The notes below the pieces were generated by a model that ran no database searches, had not been told where the DNA came from, and saw nothing but the letters and a program-made list of their open reading frames with translations. From assembly GCA_963786235.1 (NCBI GenBank), contig CAWAYJ010000020.1, positions 35,804 through 99,803 on the forward strand: a stretch of DNA of 64,000 bases, read 5' to 3'. Source of the DNA: an uncultured Gemmatimonadales bacterium. Its GTDB lineage: Bacteria > Gemmatimonadota > Gemmatimonadetes > Longimicrobiales > RSA9. Below are positions 17,715-26,674 of the stretch, in pieces (within the stretch, counting starts at the first letter, position 1; each line of letters begins with the position of its first letter). The position numbers and the translations under genes were made by a program.

Positions 17715-20627
17715 ATGGATGGCAATCCGGATGGACGCGTGTCGGCGGCCCGCGCGGATGTGGAAGCGCGCGGCGAGACCTTCTATCCGGGTCCGAGCCG
17801 GAGCCCGCTGGCATCGTTCCCGCCGAAGGAGCGGTGGGACAACTGGATCGAGCTCGACTCGCGCGCCTGGCCGCGGCGCGTGGAGCGGCGTTACGCCCTC
17901 GTTCCCACGACCTGCTTCAACTGCGAGAGCGCGTGCGGCCTGCTCGCCTACGTGGACCGCGACCGTCTGACGATCCGGAAGTTCGAGGGCAACCCGGAGC
18001 ACCCGGGATCGCGAGGGCGCAACTGCGCCAAGGGACCGGCCACGCTGAACCAGGTCGAGGACGCCGACCGCATCCTGAAGCCGCTGAAACGGTCGGGCCC
18101 ACGAGGCGGCGGCGCGTGGAGGGAGGTGTCGTGGGACGAGGCGCTGGCGGACATCGCGGACCGGATCCGCAAGGCGATTCTGGAGGACCGGCGCGACGAG
18201 GTCATGTACCACGTCGGCCGGCCGGGCGAGGATGGCTTCACCGAGCGGGTGCTGGCGGCGTGGGGCATCGACGGCCACAACTCGCACACCAATATCTGCT
18301 CGAGCGGCGCGCGCGCCGGCTACCACTTCTGGATGGGGTACGACCGGCCCAGCCCCGACTACGCGAACGCCGCGGCGATCCTGTTGGTCAGCAGCCACCT
18401 CGAGGCCGGTCACTACTTCAACCCGCACGCGCAGCGCGTCATGGAGGCGAAACAGAAGGGCGCCAAGCTGATCGTGTTCGATACGCGCCTCTCCAACACC
18501 GCCACGCACGCCGACTGGTGGGTCGCGCCCTACCCGGGCTCAGAGGCCGCGATCCTGCTCGCCATCGCGCGCCACCTGATCCGCGAACGCCTCTACGACC
18601 GCGAGTTCGTGCGCCGCTGGTGGAACTGGCGCGAGTTCATGGCGCACGAGCGGCCGGACGTCGAGCCGGACTTCGAAGCCTTCGAACGGATCCTCGCCGA
18701 GCGGTACGACGACTACACCTTCGAGTTCGCTGCGCGCGAGTCGGGCGTGGACGCCGCGACGCTCGAGGAGATCGCGCGCGCCGTCGCGTCCGCCGGCACG
18801 CGCTTCGCCGCGCACAACTGGCGCAGCGCGTCGGCCGGCAACCTGGGCGGCTGGCAGGTGGCGCGCGCGCTGCTGATGATCAGCGCCCTGCTCGGCGCGA
18901 TCGGGACGGAGGGCGGGACCGCGCCCAACGCGTGGAACAAGTTTGTGCCGCGGCCCATCCACATGCCGCCGCATCCCGACATGTGGAACGACCTGACGTG
19001 GCCGGACCAGTACCCGCTCGCGATGTTCGAGATGTCGTTCCTGCTGCCCCACCTGTTGAAGGAACGGCAGCGGCACCTCGCCGTCTACTTCAGCCGTGTC
19101 TACAACCCGGTGTGGACCAACCCGAACGGGTTCGCGTGGATCGAGGCGCTCTCCGACGAGGCGCGGATCGAACTGCACATCGCGCTCACGCCGTCCTGGA
19201 ACGAGACGGCCGCGTTCGCCGACTACGTGCTGCCCATGGGCGGGGGCGCGGAACGTCACGACACGCACTCCTACGAGCAGTACGACGGTCAGTGGATCGG
19301 CTTCCGCCAGCCGGTGTTGCGCGCATTGCGCGAGCGTCTCGGCGAAACGGTCGGCGACAGCCGCGAGACCAATCCCGGCGAGGTCTGGGAGGAGAACGAG
19401 TTCTGGATCGAGCTGTCGTGGCGCATCGATCCCGATGGCGCGCTCGGCATCCGTCGCCACTTCGAGTCGCGCGCGCGGCCGGGCGAGAAGCTCGGCATCG
19501 ACGAGTACTACGCCTGGATGTTCGAGAACTCGGTGCCCGGTCTGCCCGAGGCCGCGGCCGCGGAAGGGCTCGACCCGCTCGCCTGGATGCGTCGCTACGG
19601 CGCGTTCGAGATTGCGCGTGGCATGGGCGCGATGCACGAGAGGCCGCTCTCCGACGCCGAGCTCTCCGCGGCGCACGTCGACGCGGACGGCCGCGTCTTC
19701 ACGGCTGCGCCGAAGCCGGACTCGCCCAACATCGTCCCGACGCCGGCGCCGGGGCCCGACGCCGAAGGCCGGCGAGCGGCGGGCGTGATGATCGACGGCG
19801 TCGCACGGACCGGCTTCCCGACCCCGAGCGGCCGCCTCGAGTTCTGGTCCCGCACGCTGGTCGAGTGGGGCTGGCCGGAGTACGGGTTGCCCACGTACAT
19901 CCGGAGCCAGATCCATCCGGACTCCCTCGAGCCGGGGCAGCTGCCCCTGATCTCGACGTTCCGGTTGCCGGTTCACGTGCACACGCGCAGCGCCAACGCG
20001 AAATGGCTCGACGAGATCGCGCACTCCAATCCGCTGTGGCTGCACCCCTCCGACGCGGCGCGCACAGGCGTCCGGACCGGCGACCTCGTCCGGGTCGAAA
20101 CCGCGATCGGCCATTTCGTCGTGAAGGCGTGGGTCACGGAGGGGATCCGACCCGGCGTCGTCGCCTGCAGCCACCACATGGGCCGCTGGAAGCTGCCCGG
20201 TCCGGGTCAGCGCCAGTCGATGGCCACGGTCGGGCTCGAGCGCGACGGTGCGGCCTGGAGCCTGCGCCGGAAACAGGGCGTGCGGCCGTTCCCGTCCGCC
20301 GACCCCGATACCTCCCGCGTCTGGTGGTCGGACACCGGCGTGCACCAGAACCTCGCGTTCGCCGCCCAGCCGGACCCGGTCTCCGGCGCCCACTGCTGGC
20401 ACCAGGCCGTTCGCATCCGCCGCGCGGAACCGGGTGACGCCTACGGCGACGTCCGCGTAGACACCGACCGGGCGCACGAAATATTCCGGCGGTGGCTGGA
20501 GCGCACGCGCCCGGCCAGCTCGTGCTCGCCGGACGGCACGCGGAGACCCTGGTGGCTGATGCGCCCGTTGCGGCCGACGCGTGAGGCCTACAAGCTATCC
20601 GGCACCATGAACACGAAACGGACATGA
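17715..20627 (+). CDS. molybdopterin (DMSO-reductase family) oxidoreductase catalytic subunit, no Tat signal
   Basis: CFNCESAC...GNPEHPGSRGRNCAKG FeS motif, SWDEAL, HTNICS, ETAAFADYVLP, LHPSDAA..G...GD.V; RBS GGAGG 17706-17710. Confidence 0.9.
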   Translation: MDGNPDGRVSAARADVEARGETFYPGPSRSPLASFPPKERWDNWIELDSRAWPRRVERRYALVPTTCFNCESACGLLAYVDRDRLTIRKFEGNPEHPGSRGRNCAKGPATLNQVEDADRILKPLKRSGPRGGGAWREVSWDEALADIADRIRKAILEDRRDEVMYHVGRPGEDGFTERVLAAWGIDGHNSHTNICSSGARAGYHFWMGYDRPSPDYANAAAILLVSSHLEAGHYFNPHAQRVMEAKQKGAKLIVFDTRLSNTATHADWWVAPYPGSEAAILLAIARHLIRERLYDREFVRRWWNWREFMAHERPDVEPDFEAFERILAERYDDYTFEFAARESGVDAATLEEIARAVASAGTRFAAHNWRSASAGNLGGWQVARALLMISALLGAIGTEGGTAPNAWNKFVPRPIHMPPHPDMWNDLTWPDQYPLAMFEMSFLLPHLLKERQRHLAVYFSRVYNPVWTNPNGFAWIEALSDEARIELHIALTPSWNETAAFADYVLPMGGGAERHDTHSYEQYDGQWIGFRQPVLRALRERLGETVGDSRETNPGEVWEENEFWIELSWRIDPDGALGIRRHFESRARPGEKLGIDEYYAWMFENSVPGLPEAAAAEGLDPLAWMRRYGAFEIARGMGAMHERPLSDAELSAAHVDADGRVFTAAPKPDSPNIVPTPAPGPDAEGRRAAGVMIDGVARTGFPTPSGRLEFWSRTLVEWGWPEYGLPTYIRSQIHPDSLEPGQLPLISTFRLPVHVHTRSANAKWLDEIAHSNPLWLHPSDAARTGVRTGDLVRVETAIGHFVVKAWVTEGIRPGVVACSHHMGRWKLPGPGQRQSMATVGLERDGAAWSLRRKQGVRPFPSADPDTSRVWWSDTGVHQNLAFAAQPDPVSGAHCWHQAVRIRRAEPGDAYGDVRVDTDRAHEIFRRWLERTRPASSCSPDGTRRPWWLMRPLRPTREAYKLSGTMNTKRT

Positions 20628-22165
20628 AGACCCGCAACCCCGGCAACGAACGGCAGGCCCGGCTGGTCCTGACCAACGTAGTCGCCGGGGTCAGCATCGC
20701 GCTCGTCGCCATTCCGCAATCGATGGCGTACGCGCAAGTCGCGGGGTTGCCCGCCTACATCGGGCTCTACGCGAAAGCGCTTCCAGTCATCGCCGCCGCG
20801 TTCTTCGCGTCGTCGCCCTATCTGCAGTCCGGACCGGCGGCCGTGACGTCGATGCTGACGGCCGGTGCCCTGGCCGGCCTCGCGATCCCGGGCTCGCCCG
20901 AGTACATCGGACTCGCCGCGCTGCTCGCCCTGATCGTGGGCGTCGTCCGCATCGGGATCGGCGCGTTCCGGTTCGGGAAGGTCGTCTACCTGATGTCGGA
21001 GCCGGTGCTCCGCGGCTTCACCGTCGGCGCCGCCATCCTGATCGTGTCCTCGCAGATCCCCGGCCTGCTGGGGGTCGCCGGGGGCGACGTCCCGATCCCC
21101 GCGGCGTGGCGCGCCCTAACTCACGTGGCGTCCTGGGACCTCGAGACGGTCGGGATCTCCGTGGCGACCGTGCTGACCATCGCGATCTCGCGCCGCATCC
21201 ACCCGCTCGTCCCCTGGGCCCTGATCGTGGCGGCCGGCGGCATCGTGTACAGCCGGATGACCGGCTACAGCGGCGCCGTAGTCGGCAACATCCCCGAGGG
21301 GTTCATCCGGCTTTCGCTCGCCCTGCCCTGGGGCTCGGGCCCGCTCCTGACGCTGCCCGGCGTCGTGATCGCGCTCGTCGGCTTCACCGAGGCGGCGTCG
21401 ATCGCCCGGACCTTCGCCGCCGAGGAGCGGCAGCATTGGGATCCCGACCGCGAGTTCGTCAGCCAGGGCGCCGCCAACGTCGCGGCCGCCATCAGCGGCG
21501 GCTTCCCCGTGGGCGGCTCCTTCTCGCGCAGCACCATGATCCGGATGCTGGGGGCCACGTCCCGGTGGAGCGGCGCCGTCGCCGGCGTCACCGTGCTGCT
21601 CTTCATTCCGTTCGCGAACGTGCTCAGCGTCCTGCCGGTCGGCGTCCTCAGCGCGATGGTGATCACGGCCGTCGTCGGCCTGATCAAGGTCCGCTCCATC
21701 CTCAGCATGTGGAAGCTGTCCAGGCCCCAGTTCGCCATCGCCGGCGCGACTCTCGCCTGGACCCTGCTCCTTTCCCCGCGCATCGACCACGCCGTCGTGC
21801 TCGGCATCGGCCTCGCCATCGCCGTCCACCTCTGGCGCGAGTTCGACGTCAAGCTCGTCACCTGGCTCGATGGCGACGTCCTTCACGTCCGACCCGAAGG
21901 CGTACTCTGGTTCGGCTCCGCCGAGGCGCTCAAGCAGGACGTCCAGGAACTGCTCGCCGAAAACACGATCGCCCGGCTCGTGCTCCACATGGAGCGAGCC
22001 GGGCGCGTCGACCTGACCGCCTCCCTCGTCCTCGAACACCTCGTCGACCAGGCCAGGACCGCCGGGATCGAAGTCGAAGTGCTCGCCGCCGATCCGGATT
22101 CCGCCCGTGCACTGCACCGCGTGCTCGCGCCGCGCCGGACCGCGGGCAGCGAGAATCTCCGTTGA
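20624..22165 (+). CDS. SulP/SLC26 anion permease with STAS domain
   Basis: AG.SIALVAIPQSMAYAQVAGLP..IGLY, QGAAN, GSFSRS, C-terminal G.LWFG STAS. Confidence 0.9.
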   Translation: MKTRNPGNERQARLVLTNVVAGVSIALVAIPQSMAYAQVAGLPAYIGLYAKALPVIAAAFFASSPYLQSGPAAVTSMLTAGALAGLAIPGSPEYIGLAALLALIVGVVRIGIGAFRFGKVVYLMSEPVLRGFTVGAAILIVSSQIPGLLGVAGGDVPIPAAWRALTHVASWDLETVGISVATVLTIAISRRIHPLVPWALIVAAGGIVYSRMTGYSGAVVGNIPEGFIRLSLALPWGSGPLLTLPGVVIALVGFTEAASIARTFAAEERQHWDPDREFVSQGAANVAAAISGGFPVGGSFSRSTMIRMLGATSRWSGAVAGVTVLLFIPFANVLSVLPVGVLSAMVITAVVGLIKVRSILSMWKLSRPQFAIAGATLAWTLLLSPRIDHAVVLGIGLAIAVHLWREFDVKLVTWLDGDVLHVRPEGVLWFGSAEALKQDVQELLAENTIARLVLHMERAGRVDLTASLVLEHLVDQARTAGIEVEVLAADPDSARALHRVLAPRRTAGSENLR

Positions 22166-22172
22166 CGGCGGG

Positions 22173-22194
22173 CCGGCCGGAGCCCTCCGGCCGG
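22173..22194. terminator. hairpin between convergent genes
   Basis: CCGGCCGGA-gccc-TCCGGCCGG. Confidence 0.5.
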
Positions 22195-22210
22195 GTCCGT
22201 CCGCGTCGTG

Positions 22211-22684
22211 CTACGTCCCCTTCGTCGTGTCGGCGGCAGCCCGCAGGTCTTCCAGGATGTAGCGCGCCACCGCGTCCATGTCCCGCACCTTGAAGTTCGG
22301 CACGAAGCCCCAGTGCGGCATGCCCACCGCGTTGCCGGTGAACACGGCTTTCCGGAGCCCGTTCAGGTCGTTCGCGTACTTCCAGTCGGGGGCCAGGAAC
22401 GACGGCGGATGGAGCGTGTCACCGCGGAACACGAAGCCGGCATCGCCCGCCCCCGTGTTGCCATGGCATTTCTGGCAACTCCACACGTACGTGGTGTAAC
22501 CGCGGTTGAGCGCGGCCGTATCGCCGTTCCACGTCACGGTATCGAAGACGGACGCGTCGAACTGCTCCGCGGCCAGCGCCGCGGAATCCGCCTGGATCTT
22601 GTCGGCGGCGCGCGTCTGATCGCCTCCTCCAACGCACCCCGCCAAGACCATCAAGGCAGTCAGGGCGACTGCACCTCCACGCAT
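22211..22684 (-). CDS. monoheme c-type cytochrome lipoprotein
   Basis: Lipobox LAGC, CQKCH heme motif, GMPHWG axial Met; GGAGG RBS. Confidence 0.85.
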   Translation of the reverse strand: MRGGAVALTALMVLAGCVGGGDQTRAADKIQADSAALAAEQFDASVFDTVTWNGDTAALNRGYTTYVWSCQKCHGNTGAGDAGFVFRGDTLHPPSFLAPDWKYANDLNGLRKAVFTGNAVGMPHWGFVPNFKVRDMDAVARYILEDLRAAADTTKGT

Positions 22685-22933
22685 CAGGACCTCCCGAGCG
22701 AGGGTATGCGCGGCACTGCGCCTGTCCATCAGGTGGTGCCCGCCGCGCGTGAAGCGCACGGGCAACAATCGCAAAATGGGACGCCGGCGTCTGTCCGGCA
22801 ACGGCTGAGGCGGGTAGGTGCGAACGCGGTTCCGGAGTGCGCCGCTACCCGACACGATCTGTCGAACCGGCGCCCGCGCACCGGGTTACTGCCACTGTTA
22901 CAGGTCCTGGTGCGCAAGGCCGGCAGGTTCTCG

Positions 22934-22949
22934 TGGCACGCCGGCTGCA
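22934..22949 (+). promoter_or_regulatory. sigma54 (-24/-12) promoter upstream of hsp20
   Basis: TGGCACG-CCGG-CTGCA with correct GG/GC spacing. Confidence 0.6.
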
Positions 22950-23044
22950 AAACGGGAGGGCAGTCGCGAGCGGTGGCGACCGTCGCCACCGACGCGGGGA
23001 GAAGGGAACAGGAATTGACCATGCCAACAAGAAGGAGGCTGACC

Positions 23045-23518
23045 ATGATTCCGGTGATCCGGCGTCGTCAGGGCGCCACTCCGTTCGACGCGCTGTGGGA
23101 CATCCGGCGCGACATGGACCGGATCTTCGACACGCTGTCCGTCCCGTCCGATGCGGTATCGACGCTACCGGCCGAGGTGCTGGAGACGGACTCCGACGTC
23201 CGTTTCATGATCGAGATCCCGGGCATGAAGCCCGAGGCGATCGAGCTGACGGTGGAGAACAACGTGCTCACGGTGTCGGGCGAAAAGCGCTGGCAGAAGG
23301 AGGAAGGCAAGTCGGAAGGCGATTACCACCTGCTCGAGCGGCGGTACGGCAAGTTCTCGCGTTCGTTCACGCTGCCGCAGCGCGTGAATGCGTCGGCGAT
23401 CGACGCGATGTACGAGCAGGGCGTGCTGACGATCTCGCTGCCGAAGGCGGAAGAGGCGAAGCCCCGCCGTATCGAGGTCCGTTCGAGCGGCAACGGGCGG
23501 CAGCTCGACGCGAAGTAG
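23045..23518 (+). CDS. Hsp20/alpha-crystallin small heat-shock protein
   Basis: EIPG, NNVLTVSGEK, ERRYGKFSRSFTLP, A.YEQGVLTISLPK; RBS GGAGG; alternative in-frame ATG at 23021. Confidence 0.93.
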   Translation: MIPVIRRRQGATPFDALWDIRRDMDRIFDTLSVPSDAVSTLPAEVLETDSDVRFMIEIPGMKPEAIELTVENNVLTVSGEKRWQKEEGKSEGDYHLLERRYGKFSRSFTLPQRVNASAIDAMYEQGVLTISLPKAEEAKPRRIEVRSSGNGRQLDAK

Positions 23519-23538
23519 GGCGTTTCCGGCCCGATGTT

Positions 23539-23577
23539 CGAAGCGCCGGTCCGGCATCAGGCCGGACCGGCGCTTCG
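23539..23577. terminator. 17-bp perfect hairpin, likely bidirectional terminator
   Basis: CGAAGCGCCGGTCCGGC-atcag-GCCGGACCGGCGCTTCG between convergent hsp20 and glgP. Confidence 0.75.
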
Positions 23578-23601
23578 CCGGTCAGAGCCGGGCGGGAGGC
23601 A

Positions 23602-25761
23602 TCAGCCCCCGCTCATCCTCGCGGCCGCGGCCGAGGTGATGCGGTAGAGCGAGTCCGCGTACTCGGTCACCATCCGATCGGTGTTGAAGAACGGGCAGAG
23701 CTGGGCGATCGAGGCCTGGATGCGCCGGATCCAGCCGGAGGGCACACCATCGGCGTCGCGCTCGTAGAAGAGTGGCAGCACCTCGTTCTCGAGGATGTCG
23801 TAGAGCGACGCCGCGTCGTGTTCGTCCTGGGCCGTGTCGACCTGCCCCTCCCCGTCGATCCGCCAGCCGATCGCATCCTGCCAGGCGTTGTGCTGGTCCC
23901 ATGCCTCGGCCCACCAGCCGTCGGCGATGCTCAGGTTGAGCCCGCCGTTCGCGGCCGCCTTCATCCCGCTCGTGCCGCTCGCCTCGTGGGGCCGGCGCGG
24001 CACGTTGAGCCAGACGTCGGCGCCGCGGGTCAGATACCGTGCGAGCTCGACGTCGTAGTTCTCGATGAACATGATCTTGCCGTGAAACTCCGGCCGGCGT
24101 CCGAGCTCGAACACCTGGTGGACCAGCTGTTTGCCGCCGTCGTCGCGTGGATGGGCCTTGCCCGCGAACACGATCTGGACCGGCCGGTCCGGATTGCCGA
24201 CGATGCGGGCCAGTCGATCGAGGTCGGACAGCAGCAGCGTCGCGCGCTTGTAGGTCGCGAAGCGACGGGCGAAGGCAATGGTCAGCGCGTCCTCGTCCAG
24301 CTTGGTCCAGGCGTCATCCCCCGGCTCGCCGCGTGTCCGCGCCTGCACGGCTATCGTGCCGCGGAGACGGTCCACCAGCCAGGCCCGCTGCTCCTGGCGC
24401 GCCGCCCAGATCCGGTCCGGCGGCGCCGACCCGACCCGGGCCCAGTCCACGCTGCCGCTGCGCACGACCCATTCCGGATCCACGTACTGCGAGTAGAGCC
24501 GGCCCATGACGGGTCCGACCCACGTGGGCAGGTGGACCCCGTTCGTGATGTGTCCGATGGGGACGTCGGCTTCCGATTCGACGTCCCACAGCTTCCGCCA
24601 CATTTCCCGCGACACGTGGCCGTGCAGCCGGCTCACGCCGTTGGCCGCGCGCGAGCCGCGGAGCGCCAGCGCCGTCATGCAGAACTGGCCGGCGCGGGCC
24701 GGTTCCGGCGACTCGCCCAGGTGGAAGAACCATTCCCAGGACACGCCCGTCGCTTCCGTGAATGGCCCGAAGTAGCGACGCACCAGGTCGACGGGGAAGT
24801 AGTCGTGACCGGCTTCGACCGGCGTGTGGGTGGTGAAGACCGTCGCCTCGGCGATGGCCTCGAGCGCGGCTTCTGCGTCGCCGCCGTGCCGCTGCAGCTC
24901 GGGGCTCAGCCGCTCGACGATCGCGAACGCCGCGTGGCCTTCGTTCAGGTGGAACGCCTCGATCGGATGCCCGAGCGCCTCGACCGCGCGGACCCCACCG
25001 ACCCCGAGGATCAGTTCCTGCTTGAGGCGGTGCTCCACGTCCCCGCCGTACAGCCGGTCCGTGATCTGGCGGTCCTCCGCAACGTTGCCCTCCGTGTCCG
25101 TGTCGAGCAGGTAGAGGGGGATCGCGCCGACGTCCGCGCGCCAGACGCGCGCGAACACGGACCGGCCCGGGAACGGGATGCGGATGCGGAGCGGCTCGCC
25201 GCCGGGACCGACCTGTTCGGTAAGCGGCAGCGCGTCCGGCTCGAGACGCCGGTACGTCTCGTGCTGCCAGCCCTCGCTGTCGACCTGCTGCGTGAAGTAG
25301 CCGTCCTTGTACAGGAGGCCGATCCCGACGAGCGGGACCCCGAGGTCGCTGGCCGACTTGAGGTGGTCACCCGCCAGGACTCCAAGACCGCCCGAGAACA
25401 CGCGGATGCACTCCGTGATCGCGAACTCGGCCGAGAAATACGCGACACGCCGGGCGTCGGGCGCGCCCTCGCGAGCGCCACGCGCCGCAAGGTAGGCCCG
25501 CAGCTCCGCGGCGGCGTCACGGACCCGTTCCACGTAGGCGCTATCGGCGGCGGCCTCGATCAGGCGTTCCGGCCGGACTTCCGAGAGCAGGCGGATCGGG
25601 TTCCGTCGCGACCGCATCCACAGCTCGGGATCCAACCAGCGGAACAGCGCCCGGGTCGGCCGGTGCCAGGACCAGCGGAGATTGTACGCGAGTAGTTCGA
25701 GGTCGGCGATCGCGGAGGGCAGATGCAATTGGGGTCCTGACATTTCTGTTCGTGTTTCCAT
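23602..25761 (-). CDS. glgP: alpha-glucan (glycogen/maltodextrin) phosphorylase
   Basis: LAYNLRWSW, AYFSAEF, SGGLGVLAGD, HLNEGH, ARRFATYKR, EASGTSGMK PLP site; start 25761 or 25743. Confidence 0.93.
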   Translation of the reverse strand: METRTEMSGPQLHLPSAIADLELLAYNLRWSWHRPTRALFRWLDPELWMRSRRNPIRLLSEVRPERLIEAAADSAYVERVRDAAAELRAYLAARGAREGAPDARRVAYFSAEFAITECIRVFSGGLGVLAGDHLKSASDLGVPLVGIGLLYKDGYFTQQVDSEGWQHETYRRLEPDALPLTEQVGPGGEPLRIRIPFPGRSVFARVWRADVGAIPLYLLDTDTEGNVAEDRQITDRLYGGDVEHRLKQELILGVGGVRAVEALGHPIEAFHLNEGHAAFAIVERLSPELQRHGGDAEAALEAIAEATVFTTHTPVEAGHDYFPVDLVRRYFGPFTEATGVSWEWFFHLGESPEPARAGQFCMTALALRGSRAANGVSRLHGHVSREMWRKLWDVESEADVPIGHITNGVHLPTWVGPVMGRLYSQYVDPEWVVRSGSVDWARVGSAPPDRIWAARQEQRAWLVDRLRGTIAVQARTRGEPGDDAWTKLDEDALTIAFARRFATYKRATLLLSDLDRLARIVGNPDRPVQIVFAGKAHPRDDGGKQLVHQVFELGRRPEFHGKIMFIENYDVELARYLTRGADVWLNVPRRPHEASGTSGMKAAANGGLNLSIADGWWAEAWDQHNAWQDAIGWRIDGEGQVDTAQDEHDAASLYDILENEVLPLFYERDADGVPSGWIRRIQASIAQLCPFFNTDRMVTEYADSLYRITSAAAARMSGG

Positions 25762-25855
25762 CCATGCGCAAACGCCCCGGGGCATACCCACCGGGGCGCG
25801 TGCACGAAGGTAAAGCGATCCAGACGTCCTGTCGACGCTTCTCCCGAAAGTGGGC

Positions 25856-26485
25856 TCAGGTCTCCGGCTGCTCGCGGCCGCCCGGATCGACCGCCGCGGC
25901 GGCGATCCGCCTGCGAACACCCGCAATCAGTTTCGGCGCGAGCAGCAGCGGCGTGAACAGCAGCCCTTCCACGAGGATGACGGAGATGCCCCGGCCGGAA
26001 AGAAGTGCGTGGACGAAGCTCCCGTTCTGCATACCCACCTGCAGGTCCAGGAACGCCCGCAGCGCGTGGGGCAGGGGAATGGGCGCCGCGAACAGATGGT
26101 CCGAGACCGGCCAGAAGAGTCGCATCCCGGCCGCCCCGCGTGTATCCGGCATGACCAGGTCCAGCACCAGATGCGCGCAGTACGTGGGCATGATGATCGC
26201 GAACCACCAGCCCGTGCCGTGCCCGCCGGCCCCCCGCCTTGCCGAGAGCCGGGCCAGCAGCCAGGAAAGCGCCAGCGAAACAATGAAAGCGCCGGCCAGC
26301 GAATGCGTTGGACCCCGGTGGAAGGCGCTCGGCCGGTTCACGAGCATGCCCGGCAGGAAATCGAGATCCGGCGCGATCGCCAGGAACGCGACCAGGGCGA
26401 ACAGTCGGGGACCGCGAAGCGCTCGGGGCTCCGCGGTCCGTGCCGTGGCCCAGGCGGCCACACCGTGCGCGAGCGGGGTCGGCAT
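25856..26485 (-). CDS. membrane-bound metal-dependent hydrolase (YdjM/DUF457-like)
   Basis: MPTPLAH, APDLD, HRGPTHS, HLVLD, G..LFWP. Confidence 0.85.
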   Translation of the reverse strand: MPTPLAHGVAAWATARTAEPRALRGPRLFALVAFLAIAPDLDFLPGMLVNRPSAFHRGPTHSLAGAFIVSLALSWLLARLSARRGAGGHGTGWWFAIIMPTYCAHLVLDLVMPDTRGAAGMRLFWPVSDHLFAAPIPLPHALRAFLDLQVGMQNGSFVHALLSGRGISVILVEGLLFTPLLLAPKLIAGVRRRIAAAAVDPGGREQPET

Positions 26486-26562
26486 CAGGCTCCTGCGTTG
26501 TCGTGAACGGGCGTCCTCCGGTGGCCGGGCCCGTGCGGGCCGGCCAGGGCCGGCCATTCACG

Positions 26563-26577
26563 GCAAACCCGGTGCCA
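26563..26577 (-). promoter_or_regulatory. sigma54 (-24/-12) promoter upstream of the hydrolase gene
   Basis: Minus strand reads TGGCAC-CGGGT-TTGC, matching the consensus and spacing. Confidence 0.7.
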
Positions 26578-26674
26578 GCCCGTTCGTCCGCCGCTCCCCA
26601 TCCCCGATGCCGCCCGAACCGCCGCTCTGGTCGGACCGGCGCGCCCCGAACCGCTGGACAGCCTCGGTCGGGGT

